From the NCBI RefSeq assembly GCF_009914755.1, contig NC_060935.1: a stretch of DNA of 64,000 nucleotides, one strand, 5' to 3'. The translations under genes were made by a program, and so were the position numbers. How positions within the stretch are numbered: the first letter of the stretch is position 1; each line of letters starts with the position of its first letter. Source of the DNA: the human T2T-CHM13v2.0 reference genome, Homo sapiens. The notes below the pieces were generated by a model. It was not told the origin of the DNA. It saw nothing but the letters and a program-made list of their open reading frames with translations, and searched no databases. Below are positions 44,950 to 61,150 of this stretch, piece after piece.

Positions 44950-46399
44950 ATGTATATTTCAGATAGTAAAAGTGAGCAAATATTTAAGTCATTTCTCACT
45001 GTGAGAAAAAGAAGTAACAAATATGGAAAGGGATCTTAAGGATGAATTTGAGTTATCAAAACAAATTTACTTAAATAAGCATGTATATATTTGTCTGTTT
45101 GCCTATAAAAAAATGTCATCCTAGCTCTGTCCACTGTGAAAAGGCCATTGTAAGAAGCAATGACACTATAGTACTTATGAGCACACTTAGTGCCCACATT
45201 TTTGGTTTCTAAGTATCATGCTCCACCAGTGCAGAACAGTCAGTGCTCAAAGACTGGTGCAAACAAAGGAACCATTCTGAGGGGTCATCCAATGGCCAAA
45301 TGTGGGACAATATAAGCCTAAAAATAATAACAGTAATTGATAATACATTAAATTTGAGACAACATAAGCCTAAAAATAGTAACAGTAATTGATAACACAT
45401 TAAATTAAAAATGAAATTTTTAAAAAGATGCATGTGTTGGGAATAGGGAAAGTTCTTCATCAAAACATGACAGCTAATAAATGTAGAAGGAATGGTAAAA
45501 TTACCACCAGTGTAATAATTGACTCAGACAAGGGCCACTGATGCATGCTAAAATATACTGGGTGAAACATTGTTGGTCAAAAAGATATTTGAAAAGTATC
45601 AAAGTAGATAATTTTTTTTTTTTTTTTTACAAAGGGAACAAGGTATCTTTCCAATGGGAAGATCTGGTAAATACTAACTTAACACAATGACCAAATTTAG
45701 CAGCATACTGATATCATGTGGCCTCTTACCAATGGAATGACAAGTACATCATCATCTGTGTACCATTCCTGCCAAAAATGTGTAACCTAAATCTGATCAT
45801 GAACAATCAAAACACATCCATATTGCAGACATTCAACAAGACAACCAGCTTGAACACTTAAAAAGTATAAATTTAATGAAAGGAAAAATTATACTAAAAG
45901 TACTATTTTCAATTACAAGAAAATAGAAGGACATGACAACCAAACACAATATGAAATCTTGAATTGGATCCTGGAGCAAAAGGAAAAAGAAAGCTATAAA
46001 AGACATGGGGACAACTGGGTAAATCTGAATATTGTACATAAAAATATATCACTGTTTCAGTGTTAAATTTCTTAACAATATGCTACGTAGGAGAATGACC
46101 TTGTTCATAGGAGATAAACAAGGAATTATTTTGAGAAAAATGCTATGACTGCAACTTCCTTTCATATGGTTCACTTCTACTGCTAATAATCATGGATACA
46201 GAGAGATGAAGACAAATTGATACACACATATATATACACACATACGGATATATTACATATGGAGGAAGATAGAACGCTAATGTGGCAAATGTTCATTGTT
46301 AAATCCAAGTGAAGTGTATACAAATGTGCATTGCACTATTTTTTTCAGCTTTTTTTGTAGAATAAAACTTCTAAAAAACAAACACTTGGGGAAAAAAGG

Positions 46400-46400
<1 letters not shown>
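44950..46400 (+). mobile_element. L1MC-type 3' end
   Basis: ctagctctgtccactg, gggacaa, aaaatgtgtaacctaaatctgatcatga, gaattggatcctggagc. Confidence 0.7.
45306..45406 (+). repeat. About 52-bp tandem duplication within L1MC
   Basis: gacaa(t/c)ataagcctaaaaata(a/g)taacagtaattgataa(t/c)acattaaatt, twice. Confidence 0.9.
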
Positions 46401-48390
<1,990 letters not shown>

Positions 48391-48400
48391 AACATATATA

Positions 48401-49086
48401 AAAAAGAACACTAAAAAATAGAACTACCATATGATCCAGCAATTCCACTACTGGGTGTATATCCAAGAGAAAGGAAATCAGTATGTTGAAGAGATGTCTG
48501 CACTCCTATGTTTATTGCAGCACTATTCAGAATAGGCAAGATATGGAATCAACTTACATGTCCAACAGATGAATGAATAAAGAAAATGTGGTATATATAC
48601 ACAATGGCATACTATTCAGCCACAAAAACCAATGAAATCCTGTCAAACAAGGCAACATGTATGAGCCTGGAGGACAATTATGTTAGTGAAATAAGCCAGG
48701 CATAGAAAGACACATATCATATGTTCTCACTCATACATGAAAGCTAAAAAAGTTGATTTCACAGAAGGAGATAGAATAGTGATTATTAGAGGCTGGAAAG
48801 TGTGAGGCATGATAAGGAGGGACTGGCTAACAGACGCAAAATTACAGCTATATAGGAGAAATAAGTTCTACTGTTCTATTGCACTGCAGGGTGACTGTAG
48901 TTAACAATAATTTAGTGCATATTTTCAAAGAGCTATAAGACTTTTAATATTCCCAACACAGAGAAAGGATAAATGTTTGAGGTGATAGATATGTTAATTA
49001 CTCTGATTTGATCATTATACACTGTACATATGTATCAAAATCATACTGTACCATAACTGTACACAATTATTAAGTGTTCAAGAAAA
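48401..49086 (+). mobile_element. L1MA 3' end
   Basis: gaactaccatatgatccagcaattccactactgggt...gatttgatcattatacactgtac; similar to 44180-44900. Confidence 0.9.
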
Positions 49087-49089
49087 ATC

Positions 49090-49316
49090 TCCCAGTGAGA
49101 AACCTGTTTGGATAAGGCCCTAGACCTCAATGAAGGTGTTAACCCGAGGATCTTTCTCCCTCTCCTTCCCTCTGAAGTGTTCCCTGACCTCCGTGTATGG
49201 CCTCCAGGTATGTCATGTATCCAGGACCTGTAAGTAATAAAACCATTATTTCTATCTTGTGTCTCTCCTAATCATTGAAGGAGTGTGTTCCATCTTAAAG
49301 ATGCTAAATTAAAATA
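49090..49316 (+). mobile_element. Probable ERV LTR 3' fragment
   Basis: LTR-like composition with AATAAA and a U5-like end; family not identified. Confidence 0.45.
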
Positions 49317-49603
49317 TATATATTTAGATGCTAAATTATATATATATCTTCAATTTAAAAAAACAGGGCAATAGAGAATGGGATCAAACAAAGGCCGACA
49401 GATTGGGTTTTCATAGAAGTTTAGTACTTCCTCCAATGTAATAAAAGGGAAGAAAAATATGAGTTAACATACTGGTAGTTTTGTCAGTTTGATGGTAGAA
49501 AAATAAGGGAGCTCTTGCCTCTTGTTTTTATTTACTCTTTCTTATGAGCTGAGACTGGGAACTTTTAGCACAAAGCGAACTGGTAAACGGAACTGGTTAC
49601 AGA

Positions 49604-50085
49604 TGTACTAGTATTCCATTGGTGCCAACAAATTACCATAAACTTAGTTGCTTAAAACAACACATATTTATAATCTTACAGTTGATAGGTCAGAAGTCTA
49701 ACATGGGTACCACTGGGCTAAAAAATCAAGACTGTTTCTTTCTAAAGGCTTTAGGGGAGAATCCATTTCCTTGCCTTTCCCAACTTCTAGAAGCACTAAC
49801 ATTCCTTTACTCATAGCCCCTTTGTTCCATCTCAAAGCCTTTAATCTCCCTGGCCATTATTCCATGGTCACTTCTTCCTCTGTTTCTCTCTCTCTCCTGC
49901 CTCCTTTTTACTCTTTTAAGGACCCTGGTGATTACACTGAGCCCAACTAGATAATTCACAATGATCTCAAAATCCTTAATTTAATCACACCTGTGAAGTC
50001 TCGTTTGCCATGTAAGGCAACATATTCAAAGGTTCTGGAGATTAGGATGCAGACATCTTTGGAGGGCCATTATTCTACCTACCAC
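49604..50085 (-). mobile_element. MLT1 (MaLR) LTR
   Basis: aacaaattaccataaacttagttgcttaaaacaacac...ggggagaatccatttccttgcc...ggccattattctacctaccaca. Confidence 0.85.
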
Positions 50086-50646
50086 ACCAGGATACAGAAC
50101 ATTAAACTAGTAATTACTAAACTGTGGTTCCTCAGACCAGCATCAATATGGCATCATCTTGAAACTGATTTGGTCAAATACAAGACTTATTAGAATCAGA
50201 AACTTAGGAAGCGTTGTTCAGCAATCCGTATTTTAACAAGTTCTCCAAGTGACTGCTCTAAACTCTTGGTGACCAATGGCCATTGCCAGCCTTGGGCAGC
50301 CCTATTTATCCAGTCATTTACTACTTTGTGTTGTATAACTTACCATGTACCATGTGTGCTGTGAAAAAAATCTGGGAAGCTTGGGCACCAAAAAATTCAG
50401 AATCTGTTACTTTTTTTATTCCCTATCATATTTACATTAAAAAAACTGAGTCATTAATGTAGAGAACCAATTTCTTTAAAGGGGAACCTATATATTCTTT
50501 CAAATAATTAATAGAAAAGCTAGGGAAAAAGTGAAAAGCAGCATAAAAATTGTGACTGTGTCATACAGCAAAAGAAGTATAGGAGGATCCTCCCCAGAAA
50601 TCTTTTAAGAGCCTCTTCATTACTTTACATATATTAACTCATTTAA

Positions 50647-51179
<533 letters not shown>

Positions 51180-52369
51180 CCTTTGATATCTCATTTTACA
51201 GATAAAGAAACTGAGGAGCAGAGAGATGAAGGAACTATTCAAAGTCATGCAGCTCATTAGAGGCCAGGCCAGAATTCAAAATGAAGCTGTTTAGGTCTAA
51301 CATCCAATACTACACCATATTGCCTCTCAATTTAAATGAAAAAATTTTTGGATACTATAAAATAGGCATCTGGGAATAGAGACACATAGGAAAGATAGAG
51401 GTAGGACTGATGTTAAAACCAGCTAAAAAGATTGAGCAGAGTGAACCTCAGAAGCTGAAAAGAAATTAGAGATTCCTCCATCTTTAGAAATTTCTGGGCA
51501 TAGGCATCCAATTCTAAGATTCTAATTTGGATCCAATGACTGAAGTAGACTTACAGTAATTTCAGAATACCCAAAGTCACAAGAAGTTGTCCACCTGATT
51601 GTTCAGGTCTGAAATTCCTTTGAAAAGAGAAAGCATTTCGTTTCAGAAACAGGAAAAATATATATATACACATTATACAAGTATGTAAATACATTATATA
51701 TGTATATATATGTCAAATGTTAAGACCATCGGTTTACATAAATTCATTCATTCTAAAGTATAAGCAATCACAGAAATGATTTAATGTCATTAATGTATTT
51801 TTGTTCCGATAGAGGAACAGAGTTTGAGAATAAATTAGCATTTAAAGAAGTGTTCACATTAAGAAAGGGTGAGCAGAAACAAGTTAGATAGGGAAGGAGA
51901 AAACAAATTACATCATAGTTTTGCCACATTTACCTTCATTTGGGCAAGAAAAAATAGTAGATTTTGACATTTCTGAGACCTTGGAGATGTTCAAAGTCAA
52001 GAATACTTACACAAAATCCATTTTCCCCACAGAATGATGCATAAAAAGTAACTGAGAGATATATGTCCACTTAAGATCCTAGGTAGAAGTTATTGTGACA
52101 AGTAGAGAACAACAAAGACTCATTATGCTGAGTAGTATACTCTGCTCAATAGCTAAATAATTCACTCTCAAACAGCAGAGTCTCCATCAAAGTAATTCAA
52201 ATTCCTGTCATTTCAAAATCACCTTCAGGGCTGCTCATGAATTGTTCAAATCCATAAGTGTTAAATCTACTGTAAGATTTGTATAGAGATTTTTATTTTC
52301 TAAAACTGCAAACTCAAGGCACTCATACTCCCATAATCTATGAAGATTTTATTAAAATCTGTTTATTTT

Positions 52370-52530
52370 GAATTAAAAAATTAGCTGGGCATGAGGTGCA
52401 CACCTGTAGTCCCAGCTACTTGGGAGGATTACTTGAGCCCAGGAGGTTAAGGCTGAGGTGGGCCATGATCTTACCACTGCACTCCAGCCTGGGCAATAAA
52501 GCAAGACCCTGTCTCAAAAAGAATTAGAAA
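52370..52530 (+). mobile_element. FRAM/Alu right monomer
   Basis: Right-arm sequence; TSD aaa(t/c)ctgtttattttg. Confidence 0.85.
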
Positions 52531-53274
52531 AAAACACTAAACCTGTTTATTTTGTTTCATTAGCAGAGGAAATAACTGCCATTACTTTAAAGTTTAAAGC
52601 AGTGAATACTGCTTCAAATTTGACTGCAGCATCAAAATAACATGAAAACCTAATATCAACCAAAATTAAAAACTAAAAATCCAAATTCCCAGGCTCCCTG
52701 CGATTCCTATGATTCTCATCCTACATCACAGAGCTAATGAAAGAGAATCTCTGGGAACCCGGCTGCAGATTCTATAGTTTTAATAAGCTCCCAGGAAGGA
52801 AGTCCAGTAAAGGACTTTGTCCTGTCCTTTAAGACCACCGACGCATACTCAATATTTTCAGAGACTTGACAAAATTTACCCATTCATTATCTTTAAAGTG
52901 AACGTTAACTTTGGGATAATTCTATAAATTTTCATCAAGTAAATATTATAATGCTAATACTTCAATGTATTTCATTAGTCCACTGGTATTTTCTGAATTT
53001 TACATTTTCACATATAACCAAAATTGAAACTCACCTTATGTTTATAAAGAATAAGCAGTTGATCATTTTAATATAAGAAAGCATCACCTTCCAAAAAGTA
53101 AAATACCAAAACATCCACATTCATTCACCAATAATACAACTATTAAATGATCTATTTCAAAATATAGCAGTTGTATGAGTAACAGTGGAAGAATATTAAT
53201 TCAAAAAGAAATATCATTTAGCATTATCATAGGCTAACCCTCACTGTGCCACAGTTCATGAACGGCTTTTAGAG

Positions 53275-53386
53275 AGATCAGCCTCCAACTCCTGGGCTCA
53301 AAGAATCCTCCCACTACAGCCTCCCAAGTGTCTGGGACCAGGGACGGGTGCCACCATGCCCAGCCCCATCCTATTCTTTTGTTATA
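53275..53386 (-). mobile_element. FLAM/Alu fragment
   Basis: aactcctgggctcaaagaatcctcccactacagcctcccaagtg...ccaccatgcccagcc. Confidence 0.8.
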
Positions 53387-56300
53387 CCTGACTTATCATT
53401 CTTTCTAAAAAATTTCTTCTCATTTCATCGTATATCCCACTCTCTTATCTCCAAAAATAATTCCCTTAAGTCTTACTGACATCATGAGTTGCCTGTGCTG
53501 CAAATTAGTATCTAGCTTAAGATAAGCCAAATTTCTTATAAGTTATCAACAGATATTAAAATTCAAATAACCTGTATTTTTATGAAAAGAATGTATACCA
53601 TTGAGAAGATCTTATGTTTTATGTTGAATTTACTTCAGATGAGTTTATTTGAGACGTTCTAAAGAAAATAACCATCTCTAAACAAATAAGAGTGACCCCT
53701 AGAACGGAGAAGGAAAAAATACTAACTCTCAAGAGCTGTTCAGTAAATACCTGAATAAAAAGTAAAAAAGTAAATACTGACCAGGTTTAGTAAAACCTTC
53801 CAGACAAATTCTGTTTTGAATGCAAAACTACTTTTAAAAATAAATATATAATACTACAAGCTACCATAGAAAGTTATGCTGAGATAATAGCCTACCTGGC
53901 AAAATAATGTGAAATTACACATAAACCAAATATTTTAGATTTAAAATAAGTAATTTTATTATGAGGGTAAGAAAAAGATTTTAGTCCACTTATTTACTTC
54001 ATGGATAGCTTTTTTCATCATAATAAAATAAAAATTTTTCCAAACAGCAAACATACAAATAGAAGGCAAAAGTCGTCCTTTATAAAAGTAACACAATGCA
54101 GTTTACTGGAAATATTGGCAAGCTTTCTCATTTATTCATTCAAAATGTGGTAAAAGTTTGGAAATACAATTTGAAATACAGTAGCTTGGAACCAGTTAAA
54201 CCAAACCCGGGAACTCTGTATAAATTTATTATATTTGCTGACTTTTCTAGTAAAGACTTTATATGGAAAAGAATAAAAGATACTACACATAAACAGAGGT
54301 GGTAGTACATTAATGGTGTGCATCAGGTATAAAATTGATTATATTTTAATTATTTTTATAATTTCAAGAAAATACTTTAGTCACCTATATTTAGTTAAAA
54401 TGTTAAAGTTTAAAAACATTTAGACTGAGGCTGTATAATTTATTTTTTAAAAGATACAGCTACTAAACAAAAGAGCTATGAGATAAAATCCAAGTTCTAT
54501 GAATAAATATTTTAAAATTAAGTACTCTAAGATCATAACACTGACAACACTAATTATCTTTTCTAGTCTTGGCAGTTACGTTGCATACTGTTTGGGTGAC
54601 TGATGGGATAATTTCACTTCATTTTCTCTCAGTTTATATTGGATCGTGTTAGAAAAAAATATTAAAATAATTAACACCTCCAGCCAAAGTACTTGATAAA
54701 GTTTTTAGTTGAAATAAAAGCTAACAAAATCAATTAACTAACTCACTGATTTTTAAGCACACAACTAAACCTCCATCTAAAGGAAAAGTTACTAAGAATC
54801 ACTGATTTTTAAAAATAAGTCATTCAGTATTCCTATTTACTCTATACTTTTATATATTAAAATCATATATTTCACCAAAAGCCCTTTCATCAGCAGTTTC
54901 AGCTAGCATTACCTTCATTACAAAAAATATAGGTGTCTATATATTTCAAATTATGTTTTATTCACCAAAAACATTTCATCAGTAGCAACTGAAGCAGTCA
55001 AAAACAGGTAAAACATATGACGAAACATATTATTTCAATTCCTTACAGCTAGACATTTTGATTAATTTCATAGTGGCTCTATAGCCAAAAGAATATAAAA
55101 GTATTTAAATTAATATTTGATCTGAAATATGAATTGTTACCAATAGTAAATAATTTGCCATTCAATTAAAAAAACCAAGACATCATTGATCAACTTTTCT
55201 ATTTCAATAGCTTAATAAATTTTGAATCATATAGCTTAGTTTGTATATGTCTTGCATAATTTTAAGTCATATAGCTTAACATAAGGTTACATATTATAAA
55301 TAATAAAGAGCATATTCTTTGCCTTGATGACCTGATTTTTTGTTGTTGTTGTTTATAAAATTAATCACAGTTAGCAGGGCAGAAATAGCTTTGAGCTTCA
55401 TGAATGACATCCAAGAGATGGGAAAGGATTAGTTCTCAGTTGCTGCCAGTTATAGCGCCAGGTGGCTTTTTCTGCAGTGAAGGTGTTACCGATAATCCCA
55501 TTACACTGGTACTAAATCTTGCAGACATCAAAATTATCACCAAGGTTCCTTTTCATCCCATCCTTTCCAAATGACTGGAAGTCGCTTCACCTGAAAGAAG
55601 TCAAATCCACATGCAGCTGCTGTTTTAGCCGGCAGCAAACTCCCTGAGAATGTCAGTCGTGATTCAGTTTTGCTGTGCTGGTTGGCCCCCTATTCCCTGT
55701 CCAATAATACATCTGTTAAAAAATCCTACAGCTACAAATCAAGTTTAATCCTACCAGGGACCTCATGTTGGTCTTGTCTTCCAAAAAGGCAGCAGATTCT
55801 GCTGTCTATCTCTGCTAGTATCTGGGGAATACCCTTTAAATCCCAGCCCTACTTAGAAGAATAAGCTAAGGATCACAAAACATGACCTCAAAAACCCTGA
55901 TATGACTATATTCTGACCCAGAGGCATTCATTCTAGGTGAAGATTAGAACTTTGCATAATAAGATTACACAGCAAGTGAATGATATCAAGGGACTATCCA
56001 TATGCAGCCGCCTGGTTTTGTATAGACAGCCTGTGCTCTGCAATATGCAGTGCAGACGAAAAAGAGCTTGGTCTTTCTAGCTGAAATAAAATAGATTCAC
56101 ATAAATTAGTTGGCCATTTCCAGATTTCTAAATCCCCTATTACATCTTTTATTGACAGCTCCTGTGAGGATAGCACAAATGTTATTCTTTTTTATTCTGT
56201 GCTTCTATAACAATCATGCTCTGTAATTGAAATGTACATAGATTATGTCTAGAAATTAACATCTTGTTTGCTGTAATCTTGGATTACAATTGACTGTGTA

Positions 56301-57377
56301 CATAATAAAATTAGGAAATCAATGGACGGATTTATCATCTCCAAGAAACTAGAGGTATTGTTTAAAGAATAGTTTAACATTTTGTGCCAACACTTTAAAT
56401 GCAGGAGTCACAGGGAGTAGTCAATAAAAATGTGAGTCCAAGAATACAGCAGGCATTGGCTAATAACTAAAAATGATATTACATAAAATTAGGTCATAGC
56501 CCTCGAAATTTAGAAAATGTGAAAAACTCAGAGATTTCATAAATATGGTTTTCTCTAACTCATACTTGTGCAAAGTCAATTATGTATGACCATTTTAAAT
56601 AAAATATGTATGCCTACAGTATTTTATATAAATTTCCTTGATCATTTTATAACTATACTTTAAAATATTTGAATCAAGTCAAATAAATTGTAATTCAAGG
56701 TTTTATAATTCTTAACTATATGTTTTTAAAATAGTTATCAGTGAAGAAATCTCTCCTCACATTTAAATATGTACAGAACATTTTAAATGTATAGAATTCT
56801 AGAGAAATTAGGAAAATGATATTTTATAATCAGCTTCTTCCACCCATGACATAACAGCTATACCAGCTTATCTAAGCAAATTTATATGAAAAGACTGATT
56901 CATATACATTTACACAAACATCTGTCCAGAATAAATCTAAGGATGTGAAGACGTTGTAAGTTTTATATAAAAAAAAAGTACTAAGATTTGCGATGGAATT
57001 CTTGTAAAACTAAACTCCTAAGTATACTTGCAATATGGCTTACTTGACAAGTTTGATTTGCCGACAATTTTTGAGGAACACTCCACATTTATTACATTAG
57101 TCATTATCACGTCATCATCACAATCTCTTTAAACATATCTGTACAATGTCTGATAAGTACTCAAAAGTCAGGTGACACAATTGGATTTTATGTATCACAC
57201 AGAAAGATATAAACCAATGGTATTAGTGCTATAAAAAACTTTATGTAATTTCAACTACATAGCACATGAATATTCTTTGGTTACCTTGACTAGGATATTA
57301 CTAGAAAAATCAGAAATGTAAAAAGTACATATTTTTGTTATGATATTTTGTTAAAACTGTGTAATACTTTAGAACTA

Positions 57378-57560
57378 TACTGTTCAATAAGGTGGCCACT
57401 AGCCTTATGAGGCCACTTAAAAGATGACTAGTCCAAATTGAGATGTACTATAAGTATTAAACACACATTGGACTCTGAAGACTTAATACAAAAGAGGGAA
57501 AGTATTTTGTTAATGTTTATATTGATTACGTATTGAAAATATTTTGGTTATAGCTGATTA
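57378..57560. mobile_element. MER33/MER3-like hAT fragment
   Basis: ctgttcaataaggtggccactagcc...ctagtccaaattgagatgt...gaagactta. Confidence 0.65.
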
Positions 57561-59999
57561 TGTGATTCATATTATGTTTCTAATGGAAAGCACCACTTTA
57601 GCAGGTCTTATATTTTCCTATGTTCCTAAGCCAAATGAAATGGTGCAACTAATAAAAATACTGAAGCAGAGGGTTAATTATGGAAGAACAAACATTCCAG
57701 TGTCAAATCTGGTAGATAAGCTTAGTAAAGAAAGTATAAAATCCTGTCATTTTAGCTTCTACTTCATATTTTCAGTTTAAGGATGGTGGTGAAAGAAGAC
57801 CTGCCAAATTGCTGACCATCGATGTATAAAAAAAGAATGATGTGATGTAGTTACAAAATGCTTTAGTCCAGTAAATACAGGTTTTTAAAAAAATTGTCTC
57901 TTGAGCAATTTCATAAAAGACTAGTGAGGTCTGTGTTACTCCCTCATTGAGCTCAAAAGATAGCAACTTCAAAAAACATGTTTGGATCTAGAAAGGGATG
58001 AACTTTTTTCTATGGTGTTATTGTAATTGGTTACATTCAAATTTTTAAAGTACATTTAAGTAATAACTACAGAGATTTGAGACATTTAGTATACTTCAGA
58101 ATATTCACAAAATAAAAAGGTCAACATTATAAATTATTAGTAGGCTGCTTTTCTATTAGTCTTTTGATCATATCATCAATGAAATTCTTTTAAAAAATCC
58201 TTTAATAAAAAGCATTTATAGAAATAAGTAAAACTGAAAATAATGTAATTCAGGAAATGTAATTATTCATTTAGAATGACTAGACAACTGATACTATACA
58301 ACTAAAACAAAGTCTATCTTTGTCACACACTGGAATATGATTTTAATATAAACATGTTCTTAAGGTACTAACTCATTTTAAAAGTTGCTTTTTCATAATC
58401 ATTCCTTTATAATATCTATCTGTAATACTGAGGCTAAAGATGAAATTGAGATATGAGTATCAATAAATAAGATGAATAAAATTTAAATCAATTTTTTATG
58501 ACCTAGTCATGCTACTTATTTTTAGCCTTTTACAATTATGTAGGTTTATTCCTTTTCTGGTTACAAGTATCACATAGACATTACACATACACACACACAA
58601 AAGCAAAATAATAATAATAACAAAAAAACTTTCTAACCATCAATAGATGAGTGCAATGATATTCAGTCTGAGTTAATCTCCAGACATCCAAATTCATGAA
58701 TAAAAATTCATCAGTTTTAAATACACTGAGCCTATTAAGCAAGAACAAAAGCATATGCACAAAAGAGCTTTTAATATATTTCAAAGCCCACAAGAGCCAT
58801 GGTCTCATTAAAATTATAAATTACACAAACATGGAATGAAGATTCAAACTGCAGTGCAGCTAAGCAGATTACAGAAAACCCCGCGTTCCATATGATAACA
58901 CACCATGGCCCTCCCAGATGGGGGCTTGGAACAAAAAGGCCATCACCACAGCTAGGGAAAACCTCCTTGTGATCTCTGGTTTCTGTTCAGCAGATGACAG
59001 CCAAATAATATGTTGATTATTCTGTTTGTGCTGCTAAGCTTGTAAGATGGAATAAAGCGATATGATCTATTGTGAACCCAATGCTAATGTGTTGCTCCAC
59101 TCATAAATAATATACTGAATTTATTTTCAAACTATCTCTTATCTGAATTTCAGTTTTTAAATGCATGAATTAAAATAAAAGCCAGGATAAAATAATACTT
59201 AATTTGATGCTTTAAACTAAAAAATGCAATTGGCAAGTGAAAAATATCTAAATGCTTAGTGAAGAGTTATTACAATCACCTTTCTTTAATTTCAGCACTG
59301 TAACGGGAGACAAAAAAACACTTTTAAATAGGCAATTACTTTCATTAGGAAATATAAATATAAAATTAAGTAATATAATAATCATGAAGTTAATAATATA
59401 CATTATGGACAAGATAAAAACTAAAATATCAGGGCATGAAAAAACACTTTTCTACAACATCATAGCCCATAATCAGAACATATAGTGAATGCATTTTTGA
59501 ACAATAAAAAGAATAACTGAAGACCTCATAAATGTTCATAACTTGCACAAGAAATCTTACTTAAAATTTAAAAGAAGTTTATAAAAATAATTTTCAAATA
59601 GCTAACATTTTATTTTGATTTGGTGACAAAAGTTAAAACCTAATTTTTCCCTCAATTTAAAAAAAAAGGTATATTTAAAATCCTAAGCTTTAAAGATGAT
59701 GCCCAATGAAGTAACAGGGATTGTGTCTGTGAATACAAAATTGTGTATTTCATGAATAAACTTATTTATGAATACTATTGCTTAAAATATTAAAAATCAT
59801 AACATTTATCTCTTCATCCCCAAATTCCTCCCTTAATACTCTAGTAGACTCTCCTTAAAGGCAAACTAACAAACAACTAAAGTAGTACATTAAAACTGCA
59901 CATAAGGTGAACATGAATAAACACACTGTTTTCTTAAGGGAGTATTTTATAGAAAGTACATAATTACGGTCATCGGCCTAAGTCCACCTCATTTTTTCT

Positions 60000-61150
60000 G
60001 TCTCCAGATACAAACTGAGTCCAAAAGCACTGCAAAACTCCATAATATGTAAATACAGACTGAAATTTTAAATCTAAAGGTAAAGCAAAAATGCTTTTGA
60101 AGAAAAACTAAGAAGATAAAACATTCTTGAAGTAGATAAATATTTCTTAAACAAGAATTAAAAAGCACTAAACATAAATGATGAACTAGACTACTTTAAA
60201 GACTTAAACTTCTGTTCATTAAAAGCACTATTAAGAGAGTAAAAAGACAAACCTCATAGAAGAAGAAATAGTTGCAATACCCATCATCAATGAAGAACTC
60301 ATATTTTGAATATATAAAGAACTCCCACAAATCAAAGGAAATGACAGGCTAACAGAAAAGTGGGCCAAAGAAGTGAACCGGAACTTCACAGAAGAAAATA
60401 ACCAAACAGCCAATATACATATGAAAAAGTACTCAACTTCATTAATTGGGGAAATATAAAGTAAAATCATTACGGTACACTACTTTGTACCCACCAGAAT
60501 TGGAAAAATGAAAAAGATGGGGGGAAAAAAACGAGTGTTGGAAACATGTGGAGCAACTAGAACTCTCTCGCATACTATAAATATAGCCTGATACAAACAT
60601 TTTAGAAAACTGTTTGCCATTGTTGCTTAAAGCTGAACATATATATGTTGCTGACCAGTAATTTTGCTCCCAGATATATCACCAAAAGAAATGTGTAGAT
60701 ACATAACTCAAGAAATACATATTAGAATGTTCATAATAGCATTATATAGAAACTACGCAAATGTCCACTAACAGTAGAATGGATAAATAATAGTTATATA
60801 TTCACAACTACATGCAGCAATAAAAACAAACTACAACTATGTAGATAAATCTTAAGACACTATGTTGAACAAAGGAAATCAGACACACAAAAAATGATAC
60901 TGTATAATTTTCTATATATAATACAAAAACAAGAAAAATGAATCTGCTATTAAAATTCAAGGCAGTGATTATCCTTGTTGGGGGAGGGGGCACAGTGACT
61001 GGAAGGGTGCATGAAGGTGTCTTCTGGAGTGCTGACAATGTTCTTTTACTTTATCTGGGTGCTGGTTATATGGGTGTATTTGGTTTGCAAAAAAATCATT
61101 AGGCTATCCACTCACAAAGTGTGCACTTTCCTGTATGTGTAGCTTTCTTT
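60000..61150 (+). mobile_element. L1ME-type ORF2 end plus 3'UTR
   Basis: acttctgttcattaaaag, gtgggccaaaga, agaatgttcata, aacagtagaatggataaataa, tttatctgggtgctggttat. Confidence 0.8.
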
